64,000 nucleotides of DNA from Acidimicrobiia bacterium (GTDB lineage Bacteria; Actinomycetota; Acidimicrobiia; Spongiisociales; ZC4RG35). Under the pieces are notes generated by a model. The model did no database searches, was not told the DNA's origin, and saw only the letters and a program-made list of their open reading frames with translations. The number at the start of each line of letters is the position of its first letter. The first letter of the stretch is position 1. Below, piece by piece: positions 34,093 through 43,381 of the stretch. The stretch is taken from NCBI GenBank assembly GCA_965203555.1, contig CBDBCY010000004.1, forward strand, positions 1,057,554 through 1,121,553. The letters run 5' to 3'. The translations under genes and the position numbers were made by a program.

Positions 34093-35105
34093 GCGTCCGC
34101 ACTCGTCTCTTTCTCAATGACCCCGCCCATGCGGTGGCGGAGATGCTGGAGGGCTACGCGGCCGCTCATTCCGACATCATCAGGTTGTCCGACGGGATGG
34201 TGGTCCGCGCCACGCCCAAGCCGGATGGTCACGTCGGGGTGGTGATCGGCAACGGCTCCGGTCACGAACCGGCCATGATCGGCTGGGTCGGAGAAGGCCT
34301 GTTCGACGTCAACGTGCCGGGCCCGATCTTCTCCTCGCCCGGTCCGGGAGGCATCCTCGAAGGCATCAAAGCCGCCGACCGGGGCGGAGGGGTGCTGCTG
34401 CTGGTCTCCAGCCACGCAGGCGACATTATGAACGCCGAGTTGGCCATCGACGAGGCCGATGACGAGGGGATCGAAGACGTGGAGATGGTGATCCTCTACG
34501 ACGACATCGCCTCCGCGCCCCCCGGCCGGATCACCGAGCGCCGGGGCGGAGCGGGGCTGTTCTTCGTGTGGAAGATCGTGGGCGCCCTAGCCGAGAGCGG
34601 CGCGTCTCTGACCGATTGCGTGAGGATCGCCAAGAAGGCACGGGACCGCACCCGCACTCTCTCCGCGGCGATGGGGACCGTCGCACACCCGGTCAGCGGC
34701 CAACCGCTGGGAGATCCCGGGGACACCTCGGTGGCAGTCGGCCTAGGAGTGCACGGAGAGGCGGGAACCCGCCTGGGTGAAGATGTACAGGCCGACCGGA
34801 TCTCGGAGCTGATGATCCGCCGCCTCGTGGAGGATGCCGAACTCGAGGCCGGAGCGGAGGTGGCCCTTCTGCTCAACAACGGAGGCTCCCTGACCATCAT
34901 GGAACTCTCGGTCCTCTACCGGGGAGCCCGCGCCGAACTGGAACGGCGCGGCATCAAGGTGGCCCGGTCATGGATCGGTCCCTACGCCACCACCCTCGAC
35001 ATGGCGGGATTCGCCTTCGCCATCTGCCACCTGGACGAAGAGCTGACCGACCTCTACGACGCTCCCGCCCGAGGTGCCGGATTCGGAATGCCAGGACGCG
35101 GTTAA
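34089..35105 (+). CDS. dhaK: Dihydroxyacetone-kinase-family subunit DhaK (Dak1 domain)
   Basis: …GHVGVVIGNGSGHEPAMIGWVGEGLFDVNVPGPIFSSP… and …LLVSSHAGDIMNA… are Dak1 signatures. Confidence 0.85.
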   Translation: MSVRTRLFLNDPAHAVAEMLEGYAAAHSDIIRLSDGMVVRATPKPDGHVGVVIGNGSGHEPAMIGWVGEGLFDVNVPGPIFSSPGPGGILEGIKAADRGGGVLLLVSSHAGDIMNAELAIDEADDEGIEDVEMVILYDDIASAPPGRITERRGGAGLFFVWKIVGALAESGASLTDCVRIAKKARDRTRTLSAAMGTVAHPVSGQPLGDPGDTSVAVGLGVHGEAGTRLGEDVQADRISELMIRRLVEDAELEAGAEVALLLNNGGSLTIMELSVLYRGARAELERRGIKVARSWIGPYATTLDMAGFAFAICHLDEELTDLYDAPARGAGFGMPGRG

Positions 35106-35257
35106 CTGCGAGGAACTCACCGCTCTGGAGGTCCTCGCCCAGGCGGTCCACCGCGAGCATTGAGGGGTTTCTCGTCCGCCGGCCCAAACCTACGGGTTGA
35201 GCGCCTTGCGGCTTTCGACAGGTGAATCGGGGTACCTGTCGGCATGCTCCTTTGGGG

Positions 35258-35548
35258 TCAGGCCGGAATCGAGTTCCGCCAACGTTCTGACAGTCCCAGA
35301 TGGGCGGCCAAGCCGGCGAAGACGTCGGCTGTGTCCTGAAAGTAGTTGGAGTGGGTGACTTTGATAGCCTCTATCGAGTCAGCACCCAGCAGCACAACCT
35401 CCACTCGGGAGTTGCTCCGGTACTGCTCTTCCCGCTCACTGTATGCCTTAAGAGCCTGGGCGGTGTTGCGGAACTCTTCAAGGCTGACCAACGCCCTTGC
35501 GTCATGGTCAAACGTGAGCAGAAAGTCAATGGTCTTCCGCTTTGCCAC
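35258..35548 (-). CDS. Hypothetical protein in the low-GC islet (may be the remnant C-terminal part of the disrupted RelA/SpoT-domain gene)
   Basis: 96-aa ORF with lower GC and atypical codon usage. No family recognised. Confidence 0.25.
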   Translation of the reverse strand: MAKRKTIDFLLTFDHDARALVSLEEFRNTAQALKAYSEREEQYRSNSRVEVVLLGADSIEAIKVTHSNYFQDTADVFAGLAAHLGLSERWRNSIPA

Positions 35549-35719
35549 TTTCTTCCTTCCCTCGCATTATGAGTCCGAATGCTGCCATCATAGCCAACTG
35601 GGTGAGAATATCCATGAGGTCTTCTGTGTAAGGCTGGCCAGGCTCTCGCATCGACAAGAGCGTCGACAATCTTCTGAGCTGTGCGTGTACCTCGTCTGGG
35701 CCGTCGCCGTTCTTAAAGT

Positions 35720-36364
35720 CTACGCCGGTTTGCTGGTCACATCTTCCACCATTTTGGCCCAACTGTCTTGTTCTCGGGTGCGGAGCTGCACCTCGATTCG
35801 CCGGCCGTGGTACCTCGTATAGATGTGGATGGCCCGATAACCCGAGGTTTGAGGCGACACAATATAGTCCTTGATCTTGTCGGCCTGCTGGTTGCGCCTG
35901 AGGCTGTTCGCACAGAAGCGCTCCAAGACCCGTTGGACCTGTTCTTGGGTCTTGAGAACGGCCCGACAGCCTCCGATATCCTGCATGGTCGAGAGCTTCA
36001 TCTCCGGGAGTCGTCGGAGTTTGTCCTCAATGGTGGGCAGCCTCTTGAGTCGCCGCGAGATGTCAAGATCGAAGCCCTCGGTAGTCAGGCATGATCGCAA
36101 CCCCATGTACGCGGCGTGCAAAGGCTCAGCATGAGCAGACCGGTAGGCGTCCACAACTTCCCGAGCCTTGCGGACTTCCTCAGACGACGGCCCTTGCCCC
36201 AAGGTGATCTGTGCCCGGCGCAATGTCTCACCGGCGCGTGTTACGTTGCCCAACGATCCAAAGGGAGGGAGGTTTGTGTCGGCCATCTGATCGTGTCCCA
36301 AGCTAATCGCTTGTAGCGCCCTCCTGTCCGCTAGGCCGATCTCCCGTCTCCAAAGGAAGAGCAT
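35720..36364 (-). CDS. RelA/SpoT-domain (alarmone-synthetase / toxSAS-like nucleotidyltransferase) protein, apparently truncated or frameshifted at the C-terminus
   Basis: …DIGGCRAVLKTQEQVQRVLERF… and …DYIVSPQTSGYRAIHIYTRYHGRRIEVQLRTREQDSWA… are the RelA_SpoT synthetase-fold motifs. The ORF ends 14 aa after the QLRT motif. A plausible continuation (…YTEDLMDILTQLAMMAAF…) lies in another frame (35526..35762). GC is well below the flanks. Confidence 0.5.
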   Translation of the reverse strand: MLFLWRREIGLADRRALQAISLGHDQMADTNLPPFGSLGNVTRAGETLRRAQITLGQGPSSEEVRKAREVVDAYRSAHAEPLHAAYMGLRSCLTTEGFDLDISRRLKRLPTIEDKLRRLPEMKLSTMQDIGGCRAVLKTQEQVQRVLERFCANSLRRNQQADKIKDYIVSPQTSGYRAIHIYTRYHGRRIEVQLRTREQDSWAKMVEDVTSKPA

Positions 36365-36708
36365 AACGGACTACCGCATCCTAACCAGACAAGACTCCTC
36401 AGATGACCCGAGGATCGGGCGACGTGACTCCTGCTCCGCGATAGCATGAGAGGAAGAGACTTCGGTTTGGCAGACCAGCGAGTGGCCCGGGGTCCCGGAC
36501 TCGATCCCACCGACGAGCCATCGGACGCCGGAGAGGTTCCCTTGGTGGCTCGGCAGGGCGGACGCCCACCGCTCAAGAGCCAAGGAGGAGGAAGCCGTCG
36601 AACGCCCTCTTGGTCTTTCACTGGCGATTATCCGACAGTGAGCCGCCTCCATACCAAGGTCAGCTGAGAAGACCGACCAAACATCGCCCACTACCGTTAG
36701 TCGCTGTG

Positions 36709-37347
36709 ATGGAGCCACGACTGGCCGAACGACTGATCCTTGCCGCCGCCGGGCGGGTGAGCGACCACCAGGACGAACTGTCCCGCCTGGACGCGGTGGC
36801 CGGCGACGGCGACCACGGCGTGAACATGGCCACAGCCCTGACCGAGGCAACCAGACGAATCACAGAGTCGTCTGACACCACTCCCGGCGACATCTTCCGG
36901 ACCACCGGTCGCTCATTCCACGAAACCGTGGGCGGCGCCGCCGGAGCGCTGTTCGGAGCCTTCTTCGGCGCGGTCGGCGGCCAACTCAACCGATCGGCCG
37001 TCCCCGCTTCGGCAGCCGACCTGGTGGCCGGCATGGAGAAGGGACTGGCGCGGGTGATGCGGATCGGAAAAGTCAGCACCGGCGAAAAGACGATGGTCGA
37101 CGCCCTGGCGCCTGCAGTGGACGACGCTCGAAACACATCGGGACAGGGAGCCTCGCTGTCCGGGGTGCTGGTCGCGGCCGCCCGCGCCGCCCGGCGGGGT
37201 GCTCGGTCCACCGCCTCCATGGAACCCCGCGCCGGGAGGGCCCGCTACGCCCGGGAACGCAGCATTGGGACAGAGGACCCCGGCGCCTGTACCGTGGCTC
37301 TCATATTCGAAGCCTGGGCTGAGACCGCTACAGAGGAATCAACGTGA
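36709..37347 (+). CDS. dhaL: Dihydroxyacetone-kinase-family subunit DhaL (Dak2 domain)
   Basis: MEPRLAERLILAAAGRVSDHQDELSRLDAVAGDGDHGVNM… is the Dak2 ADP-binding helical domain. The track ORF starts 33 codons upstream at 36610. Confidence 0.8.
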   Translation: MEPRLAERLILAAAGRVSDHQDELSRLDAVAGDGDHGVNMATALTEATRRITESSDTTPGDIFRTTGRSFHETVGGAAGALFGAFFGAVGGQLNRSAVPASAADLVAGMEKGLARVMRIGKVSTGEKTMVDALAPAVDDARNTSGQGASLSGVLVAAARAARRGARSTASMEPRAGRARYARERSIGTEDPGACTVALIFEAWAETATEEST

Positions 37348-38786
37348 AGAGTGACCGGCGGCTGAAAGTGGCATACGTGGGGGTGGCTTTCGGCACCTAC
37401 TACGCGGACGAGCACAACCAGTACGGCCGGGCGATCGGGGGCTTGCAACGCCTTTCAGACGAGATGGATTTCGACCTGGTGGCCATCGACAGCGGCGTTC
37501 CCGACATGGAGACCGCCCTCCGGGTGGCCGCCCGGCTGTCGGAGGAGCGAATCGACTTCCTGATGCTGCAGACCGCCGCCTGCGCCTCGGGCGAACTCCT
37601 GGAGCCCCTGGCGGAGGTAGCGCCGCGCCTGGGCATCTGGGCGACCCCCGAGCCGGTCCTGGAGGGGTCCATCCAACTCCACTCCCTGGTGTCCGCCAAC
37701 CACTACGCCTCCATCATCCGCCGCTACCTGCGAGACCGAAAGATCCCCTACAAGTGGTTCTTCGGCCACATCGACGAGCCCGATACCGAACGCCGACTCC
37801 GGGTCACCATCCGTGCTCTGCAGGGCATCAAGACCATGGCGTCGGCTCGGATCGGGTGGATAGGCGGCATCTCCCCGGGCTTCTACAACATGCAATTCGA
37901 CGAGGACTCCCTGCAGAGCCGGTTCGGCACCACCATCGGGACCCACTCGATCACAGACGTGGTGGACATCGCCCGCGCCATAGACGCCCACTCGGCCGGA
38001 TCGGTCGTCCGGGCCGCAACCGATCTGGCCACCGAGGTCACCGCTTCCGAGCTGGGCATGGACCGAAACGCCCGGGTCTACCTGGCGCTCGGCGAACTGA
38101 TCAAACGCGAGGGCTACGACGCCCTGGCGGTGCAGTGCTGGCCGACCTTCCAGGAGGAGTACCACATGGCTCCCTGCATGTCCTACAGCCTCCTCGGCTC
38201 CGAGGACGGCTTCGCGGTCTCCTGCGAGGGCGACGTCCCGGGAGCGGTCACCATGCTGCTGATGAACTCCATGTCACCGACCTTCGGCTCCTCCACCCTC
38301 CTGGACCTCACCGCACTCGACCAGGGCTCCGACGCCGCCCTGTTCTGGCACTGCGGGGTGACTCCCCGCCACTTCGGGGGCGACAACGGCATCCGGTGGG
38401 TGGAGCACGTCACCCTGGGTCGCAAGACCGACGTGAGCTACGGGGTCTCGGGTGACCTGATGTTCGCCCCCCAGCAGACCACCATCGCCTACACCGGCGA
38501 CGAGTTCACCGAGATGTTCATCGCCACCGCCGACGTGGTCGACACCGGAAAGGCAGGCTTCCACGGGACCCGCGGCTGGTTCACCAACTTCCGGCTCAAC
38601 GGAGAGCCGATTAATCTCGACGACCTGGTCAACACGGCGGTCGTCCAGGGACACGAGCACCACTACGCGGTGGCCCAGGGCGACCTCTCCTCGGAACTGG
38701 CCGAGGTGGCCGCCTGGCTGGGGATGCGGACCACCCGCCCCGTGCCCATCAGGGATTACCTGCAGATAGACGGGCTGAACGCCTGA
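37344..38786 (+). CDS. L-fucose/L-arabinose-isomerase-family sugar isomerase
   Basis: 480 aa whose N-terminal region and C-terminal domain (…VQCWPTFQEEYHMAPCMSYSLLGSEDGFAVSCEGDVPGAVTML…) match the FucI/AraA architecture. ATGA overlaps dhaL. Confidence 0.75.
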   Translation: MKSDRRLKVAYVGVAFGTYYADEHNQYGRAIGGLQRLSDEMDFDLVAIDSGVPDMETALRVAARLSEERIDFLMLQTAACASGELLEPLAEVAPRLGIWATPEPVLEGSIQLHSLVSANHYASIIRRYLRDRKIPYKWFFGHIDEPDTERRLRVTIRALQGIKTMASARIGWIGGISPGFYNMQFDEDSLQSRFGTTIGTHSITDVVDIARAIDAHSAGSVVRAATDLATEVTASELGMDRNARVYLALGELIKREGYDALAVQCWPTFQEEYHMAPCMSYSLLGSEDGFAVSCEGDVPGAVTMLLMNSMSPTFGSSTLLDLTALDQGSDAALFWHCGVTPRHFGGDNGIRWVEHVTLGRKTDVSYGVSGDLMFAPQQTTIAYTGDEFTEMFIATADVVDTGKAGFHGTRGWFTNFRLNGEPINLDDLVNTAVVQGHEHHYAVAQGDLSSELAEVAAWLGMRTTRPVPIRDYLQIDGLNA

Positions 38787-38896
38787 TCGGAGGCAGATTC
38801 CATCAACAGTGGCTGTTGAACACACTGCGCAGGCGGTGTCCAGGGTCGCTGAATACCCTCGGGCCAACTCTCCGGTACCCTCGATGACTGTTTTGG

Positions 38897-39331
38897 ATGG
38901 ATCGCCCCACATCATTACATCCGACCGATGTTTGTCACCCTATTACAATTCTGTGCATGGGTGAGCGCGAAGATGGCAACTTGAAGGTGCTCGGTCGTTG
39001 TGTTGACACCGGCGAGACACTGATTGAGGCCGACGATCTAGCTGACCTGCTGGCGTTGGCGCACAACCCCCCCGACCCCGATTCGGTGGGACGACCGCCC
39101 ACCATGAGAGAATCGGCCGATCTGGACGACGCCGCTGACAATCTCTTCCTGCACCTGACCGCCGAGGAACAGGCGCTCTACCTATCAGAGGTATCGGCGG
39201 AGGAGGCTGCCATGGACCTGGAGCGACTGACGCCTTCGCTCCGGGCGATTGTGTTCGACCTGCTTCCCCAGGTTCAGAGACAAGCCGTCGTGCGTAACTG
39301 GGATCGCCACGGTAAGGTCCTGTCCGCTTGA
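38897..39331 (+). CDS. Hypothetical protein in a degraded lower-GC region
   Basis: 144-aa ORF with no recognisable family. Weak support. Confidence 0.25.
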   Translation: MDRPTSLHPTDVCHPITILCMGEREDGNLKVLGRCVDTGETLIEADDLADLLALAHNPPDPDSVGRPPTMRESADLDDAADNLFLHLTAEEQALYLSEVSAEEAAMDLERLTPSLRAIVFDLLPQVQRQAVVRNWDRHGKVLSA

Positions 39332-39719
39332 GATTCGCCGGGTCGGCTTACGAACACGGCTACACGAAGGCGGATGTGACAATGGCTCTCAGGAAGAGGA
39401 TGGGAGATCGAATTGATTAACCGCGTGACGGCAGCCGCACCGTGGTGGCACCCGATCTGAGCGGCAATCCCATAGTTGTAATCGTGAACATACACGAAAA
39501 CATGGTGTACCACGTCTACCGCTACGAGAAATACGAAAAGGTGTTGTTCAGAGCGTTCAGGGACCGGTGAGATGTGAAGACGGCTTCAGTATGCCGATGC
39601 TGCTGAGACAACCGTCACCAAGGGGTTGTTGCCTCGTTCGACAGCCCAACCCTCCGACCACCGCCGACATCCGTCGGCGGAATTCTCGAGGTCAGGAAGT
39701 GACCAATCCGAGAGAATCC

Positions 39720-39940
39720 ATGGAAGCGCCAAACACACCAACCGGTACTGACCGGTCAGCCCGCCTCGCCACCGACACCGGACACTTCGCGGTCCTGGCC
39801 ATCGACCATGTGAGGTCCTTCGCCGCCACCGTACGACCCTACGACCCCGACTCGAAGAGCACCGAGGACATCTGGGCGGCCAAACGCCCCTTGGCGGAGA
39901 CCCTGTGCACTCACGCCTCAGCCAAGCTGGTGCACCGATA
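39720..39940 (+). pseudogene. Duplicated 5' fragment of the downstream aldolase gene (40279..)
   Basis: MEAPNTPTGTDRSARLATDTGHFAVLAIDHVRSFAATVRPYDPDSKSTEDIWAAKRPL… vs aldolase …RSARLDRVATATGHFAVLAIDHVASFAATVRPDDPGSMSTEDIWKTKLPL…, ~80% nt identity over ~200 bp, then diverges. Confidence 0.6.
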
Positions 39941-40278
39941 TCCTCCATCTCCAGTTCCGGGCATTTGGAATGACACACGTTATGGATCAGGAAACCGCCC
40001 GACCGGGCAGCTCTCAGATCAGTAGATTCTCACTGCTATTGTCCATTCCTGTCCCAGAGTTAGGGAGACACCCATATGGCCGCAGATAAGGATCAGGACC
40101 GAGAGGTAGTGCTCCGGGGCAAAAGCGAGAGCATGTCCGAACCAAAGCCTCTTCTCGACGATGCGTGGCCCCTCCACCGCACCGCGGTGTGGCCGGAGAG
40201 CCTGAGGCTCAGGCGTGAGGACCTCTATGAGGAATCGGGTGAGGACCTGATCCGACCCTGACCCATCCCCTACGCTCT

Positions 40279-41160
40279 GTGGAACCATCCACCTCACCGC
40301 TCCGATCGGCCCGCTTGGACAGGGTAGCCACCGCCACCGGACACTTCGCAGTCCTGGCGATCGATCATGTCGCTTCCTTCGCCGCCACCGTGCGACCCGA
40401 CGATCCCGGCTCGATGAGCACCGAGGACATCTGGAAGACCAAACTGCCGCTGATCGACGGGCTGGGTCCCCACGCCGGCGCGATGCTGATCGATCCGGGC
40501 TTTCTGCAAGGCTCCGGTTTCGAACGCTCCGAAGCCTTGTCCGAGACCGGCCTGATCCTGGGCATCGAGGACGGCGACTACGCGGACGTGCTCACCGCTC
40601 CTCGTTTCCTTCCCGGTTGGAGCGTGGAGAGAGCCGCTCTACTGGGGGTGGACGCGGTCAAGATCTCGATGTTCTTCGAACCCGGCGGCGACACCTCTGC
40701 GGCACAGGCCTTCGTCACCGAGGTGGTCGACCAGTGCCGACAGCAACACATGCCCCTCTTCGCCGAGCCCCTGGCCCTGTACGAGCACCCGCATGAAAGA
40801 AGAGATGCGGTCCTGGAAGGCGTAAGGCTCTTCGGACCCCTGGGCGCCGATGTCCTCAAGCTCCAGTTCCCCGAACCGGCCGAGAACACCTCCCCCGACT
40901 CCTGGGCCGAGGCCTGCCGTGAGATCGACCGGCTCAGCCCCGTCCCCTGGGCCATCCTCTCCGAGGGCGGCGACTACCACCTGTTCCGCCGTCAGCTCGC
41001 CATCGCCTGCCGAGCCGGCGCCTCCGGTTTCCTGGGCGGGCGTGCGGTCTGGCGGGAGGCAGCCACCGGCGAGGCCAGCCTGGACGGAGCAAAGGCCCGG
41101 ATCAGAGAGCTGAATTCAATCGCCGTGGCCGAGGGTGTAGATTGGAGAAGTCGAAAGTGA
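40279..41160 (+). CDS. Class I aldolase (LacD / tagatose-bisphosphate-aldolase-like DeoC-family)
   Basis: …HFAVLAIDHV… (LacD-like substrate loop), …GVDAVKISMFFEPGGD… (Schiff-base Lys region), and overall TIM-barrel aldolase layout. Confidence 0.7.
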   Translation: MEPSTSPLRSARLDRVATATGHFAVLAIDHVASFAATVRPDDPGSMSTEDIWKTKLPLIDGLGPHAGAMLIDPGFLQGSGFERSEALSETGLILGIEDGDYADVLTAPRFLPGWSVERAALLGVDAVKISMFFEPGGDTSAAQAFVTEVVDQCRQQHMPLFAEPLALYEHPHERRDAVLEGVRLFGPLGADVLKLQFPEPAENTSPDSWAEACREIDRLSPVPWAILSEGGDYHLFRRQLAIACRAGASGFLGGRAVWREAATGEASLDGAKARIRELNSIAVAEGVDWRSRK

Positions 41161-41176
41161 TCGAGAAAGGCATGGA

Positions 41177-42226
41177 ATGACCGTGTTTCCAAATGTGAGT
41201 GAGGACCGCCGTCAACAGATGTTCGCCGACCCCGACGGGCCCACCCGCGTCCTGATCGACACCGACACCAACAACGAGATCGACGACCAGTTCGCCATGG
41301 CCTGGGCGTTCCTGTCTCCCGAGCGGATCGAGGTGGAAGCCGTGGTGGCCGAGCCCTTCGGACACCTCCACTACCGCCAACGGGTGGTGGAGGCCGCCAA
41401 CGCCCTCCGGGCGGGCCGCGAACCCGACTCGGACAACCTGATGGGATACTGGGCGCGCCACCTGATCTCCGAGGGGATCGACCCCGCCACCATGGACATG
41501 TGGGGCCCCGCCGAGGGCATGGAAAGCTCCTACGAGGAGATCAAGACCGTGCTCGAAAAGATGGGCATCCCCTCCGACGGCCTGGCCTTCCGCGGAGCGC
41601 CTCAGTACATGCCGGCGCCCGACGTCCCCGTGGAGAGCGAAGGCGCGGAGAGAATCATCGAACTGGCCCTGGCGAACGACGAGCGCCCCCTGCACGTGGT
41701 GGCGATCGGATGCGTCACCAACGTCTCGTCGGCTCTTCTGATGGCGCCCGAGATCGCCACCAAGATGGTGGTGAGCTGGACCTCGGGCTTTCCCACCTGG
41801 ACCGACTTTTCGAACCACACCTCTCTCAACCTGGTGCAGGACCCCCACGCCTCGCGGCTCCTCTACGACGCAGGGGTCCCCCTGGTGTACCTGCCGGGCT
41901 TCTACATCGGCGCACAGCTGGTGATCTCCCTCCCCGAGATGGAAGCCTGGATCAGGGGAAAGGGCGAGATAGGCGACTACCTCTACCACCTGTACACCCA
42001 CAACCCGATCCGCATCGACCGGGGCGTCGGGATGTTCCCCGGCCAGTCCTGGATAGTCTGGGACCTCATCAACATCGCCTGGCTGATCAACCGGCTCCTG
42101 GGTCCCCACCCGCACCGTGCAGACCCCCCGCCTGGACGACAGACCTGGTCTGGCAACAACGAGCGGGCGCGCCCACCATGCTGGAGGCGATCAGCATCGA
42201 CCGGGACGCCATCTATCACGACCTGA
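41177..42226 (+). CDS. Nucleoside hydrolase (IU-NH family), 3' end probably frameshifted
   Basis: VLIDTDTNNEIDDQFAMAWA is the N-terminal DxDxxxDD Ca-binding motif. …HVVAIGCVTNVS… also matches. After ~aa 310 the natural continuation hops between three frames (42100-42300). Confidence 0.7.
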   Translation: MTVFPNVSEDRRQQMFADPDGPTRVLIDTDTNNEIDDQFAMAWAFLSPERIEVEAVVAEPFGHLHYRQRVVEAANALRAGREPDSDNLMGYWARHLISEGIDPATMDMWGPAEGMESSYEEIKTVLEKMGIPSDGLAFRGAPQYMPAPDVPVESEGAERIIELALANDERPLHVVAIGCVTNVSSALLMAPEIATKMVVSWTSGFPTWTDFSNHTSLNLVQDPHASRLLYDAGVPLVYLPGFYIGAQLVISLPEMEAWIRGKGEIGDYLYHLYTHNPIRIDRGVGMFPGQSWIVWDLINIAWLINRLLGPHPHRADPPPGRQTWSGNNERARPPCWRRSASTGTPSITT

Positions 42227-42312
42227 TCCACCAAGCTCGACCGACCAGGACGATATCCTCGGCGCCTACCGCACCGGGACCGCCGGGTTGAGGAGGAGAG
42301 TCCACACCACCG

Positions 42313-43366
42313 ATGAGAGCCGCGGTCCTGTCATCCCGAAGGGCGGACTCGAGATCGAGGAGCGCCCGGTCCCAGAACCCGGACCCGACGAGGTGCTGGT
42401 CTCCCCCCGGCTGGTGGGCATATGCGGATCGGACCTCCACTACTACAAGGAGGGCCGCATCGGCGACTGGCAGGTCCTCGAACCACACGTCCTGGGACAC
42501 GAGTTCGCAGGCGGTGGTGGAAGAGAGCCGGACCCGGACACCGAAACCGTCCCCGAGTGGGAACGCCACGTGGCGGTGGAACCCATCCTCCCCTGCCGGA
42601 GCCTGTGAAACCTGCCAAACGCGGCATCTACAACCTCTGCCCGCAGTCATCTCCGCTTCACCGGATCTCCCCACACCGACGGAGCCCTCCAGGAGTCGGT
42701 GGTGGTCCCCTCCCACACCCTCCACCCCCTCCCCGACGACATGGCCTTCGAACTGGGAGCCCTGGTCGAGCCCACCTCCATCGCCGTCCACGCCGTCCGA
42801 AGGAGCCAACTGCGACCCGGAGAGACGGTGACCATCATCGGCGCCGGCCCGATCGGGCTCCTGATCCTCTCGGTCTGCCGCGTCCTATCGGTGCCGGAGC
42901 AATCCACATCACCGACATCGACCCCGGACGGCTAGCCGGATAGCCGAGACCCTGGGCGCCACCACCACTCTCGATGTCCGCGGGCATGGACCCACGACGA
43001 GATCCGCCGAATGCACCGACCCCCGGAGGAACCGACATAGCATTCGAGGCGGTGGGAAGCCCCGCAACCCTCGAGACCGCCATGCACCTGGCCCGCCCCA
43101 GCGGACGGGTGATCGCGGTGGGCGTCAACATCACAGAACGCATCGCATTCAACATGATGCTCGCCCAGTCCAAGGAGACCACGGTCATCCCCATCTACCT
43201 GGGACGGGACGCTTTCGGAGAGGCGATCGAACTCCTGGCTTCGGGGCGGATCCGGGGAGACCGGCTGATCAGCCACCGCTTCCCCTTGGAACGGGCCACC
43301 GAAGCCATGGACACCGCGCTCGACGGCGGGGAGGCGGTCAAAGTGCTGATCGAAGTGAACGAGTGA
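42313..43366 (+). pseudogene. Zn-dependent polyol/sorbitol-dehydrogenase-like MDR alcohol dehydrogenase with at least 5 frameshifts
   Basis: Homologous segments are scattered over three frames: MRAAVL (42313); …EERPVPEPGPDEVLV…VGICGSDLHYYKEGRIGDWQVLEPHVLGHEFAG…VAVEPILPC; …GIYNLCP…; …MAFELGALVEPTSIAVHAVRRSQLRPGETVTIIGAGPIGLLI…; …DIAFEAVGSPATLETAMHLARPSGRVIAVGV…FPLERATEAMDTALDGGEAVKVLIEV (42974..43366). Confidence 0.6.
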
Positions 43367-43381
43367 TCGCGCCGTGAAGCG

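Noticed and set aside
35346-35822. 158-aa plus-strand ORF within the low-GC islet
   Set aside because: It overlaps in antisense both candidate minus-strand ORFs. It has a Ser/Leu/Cys-rich composition and no motif.
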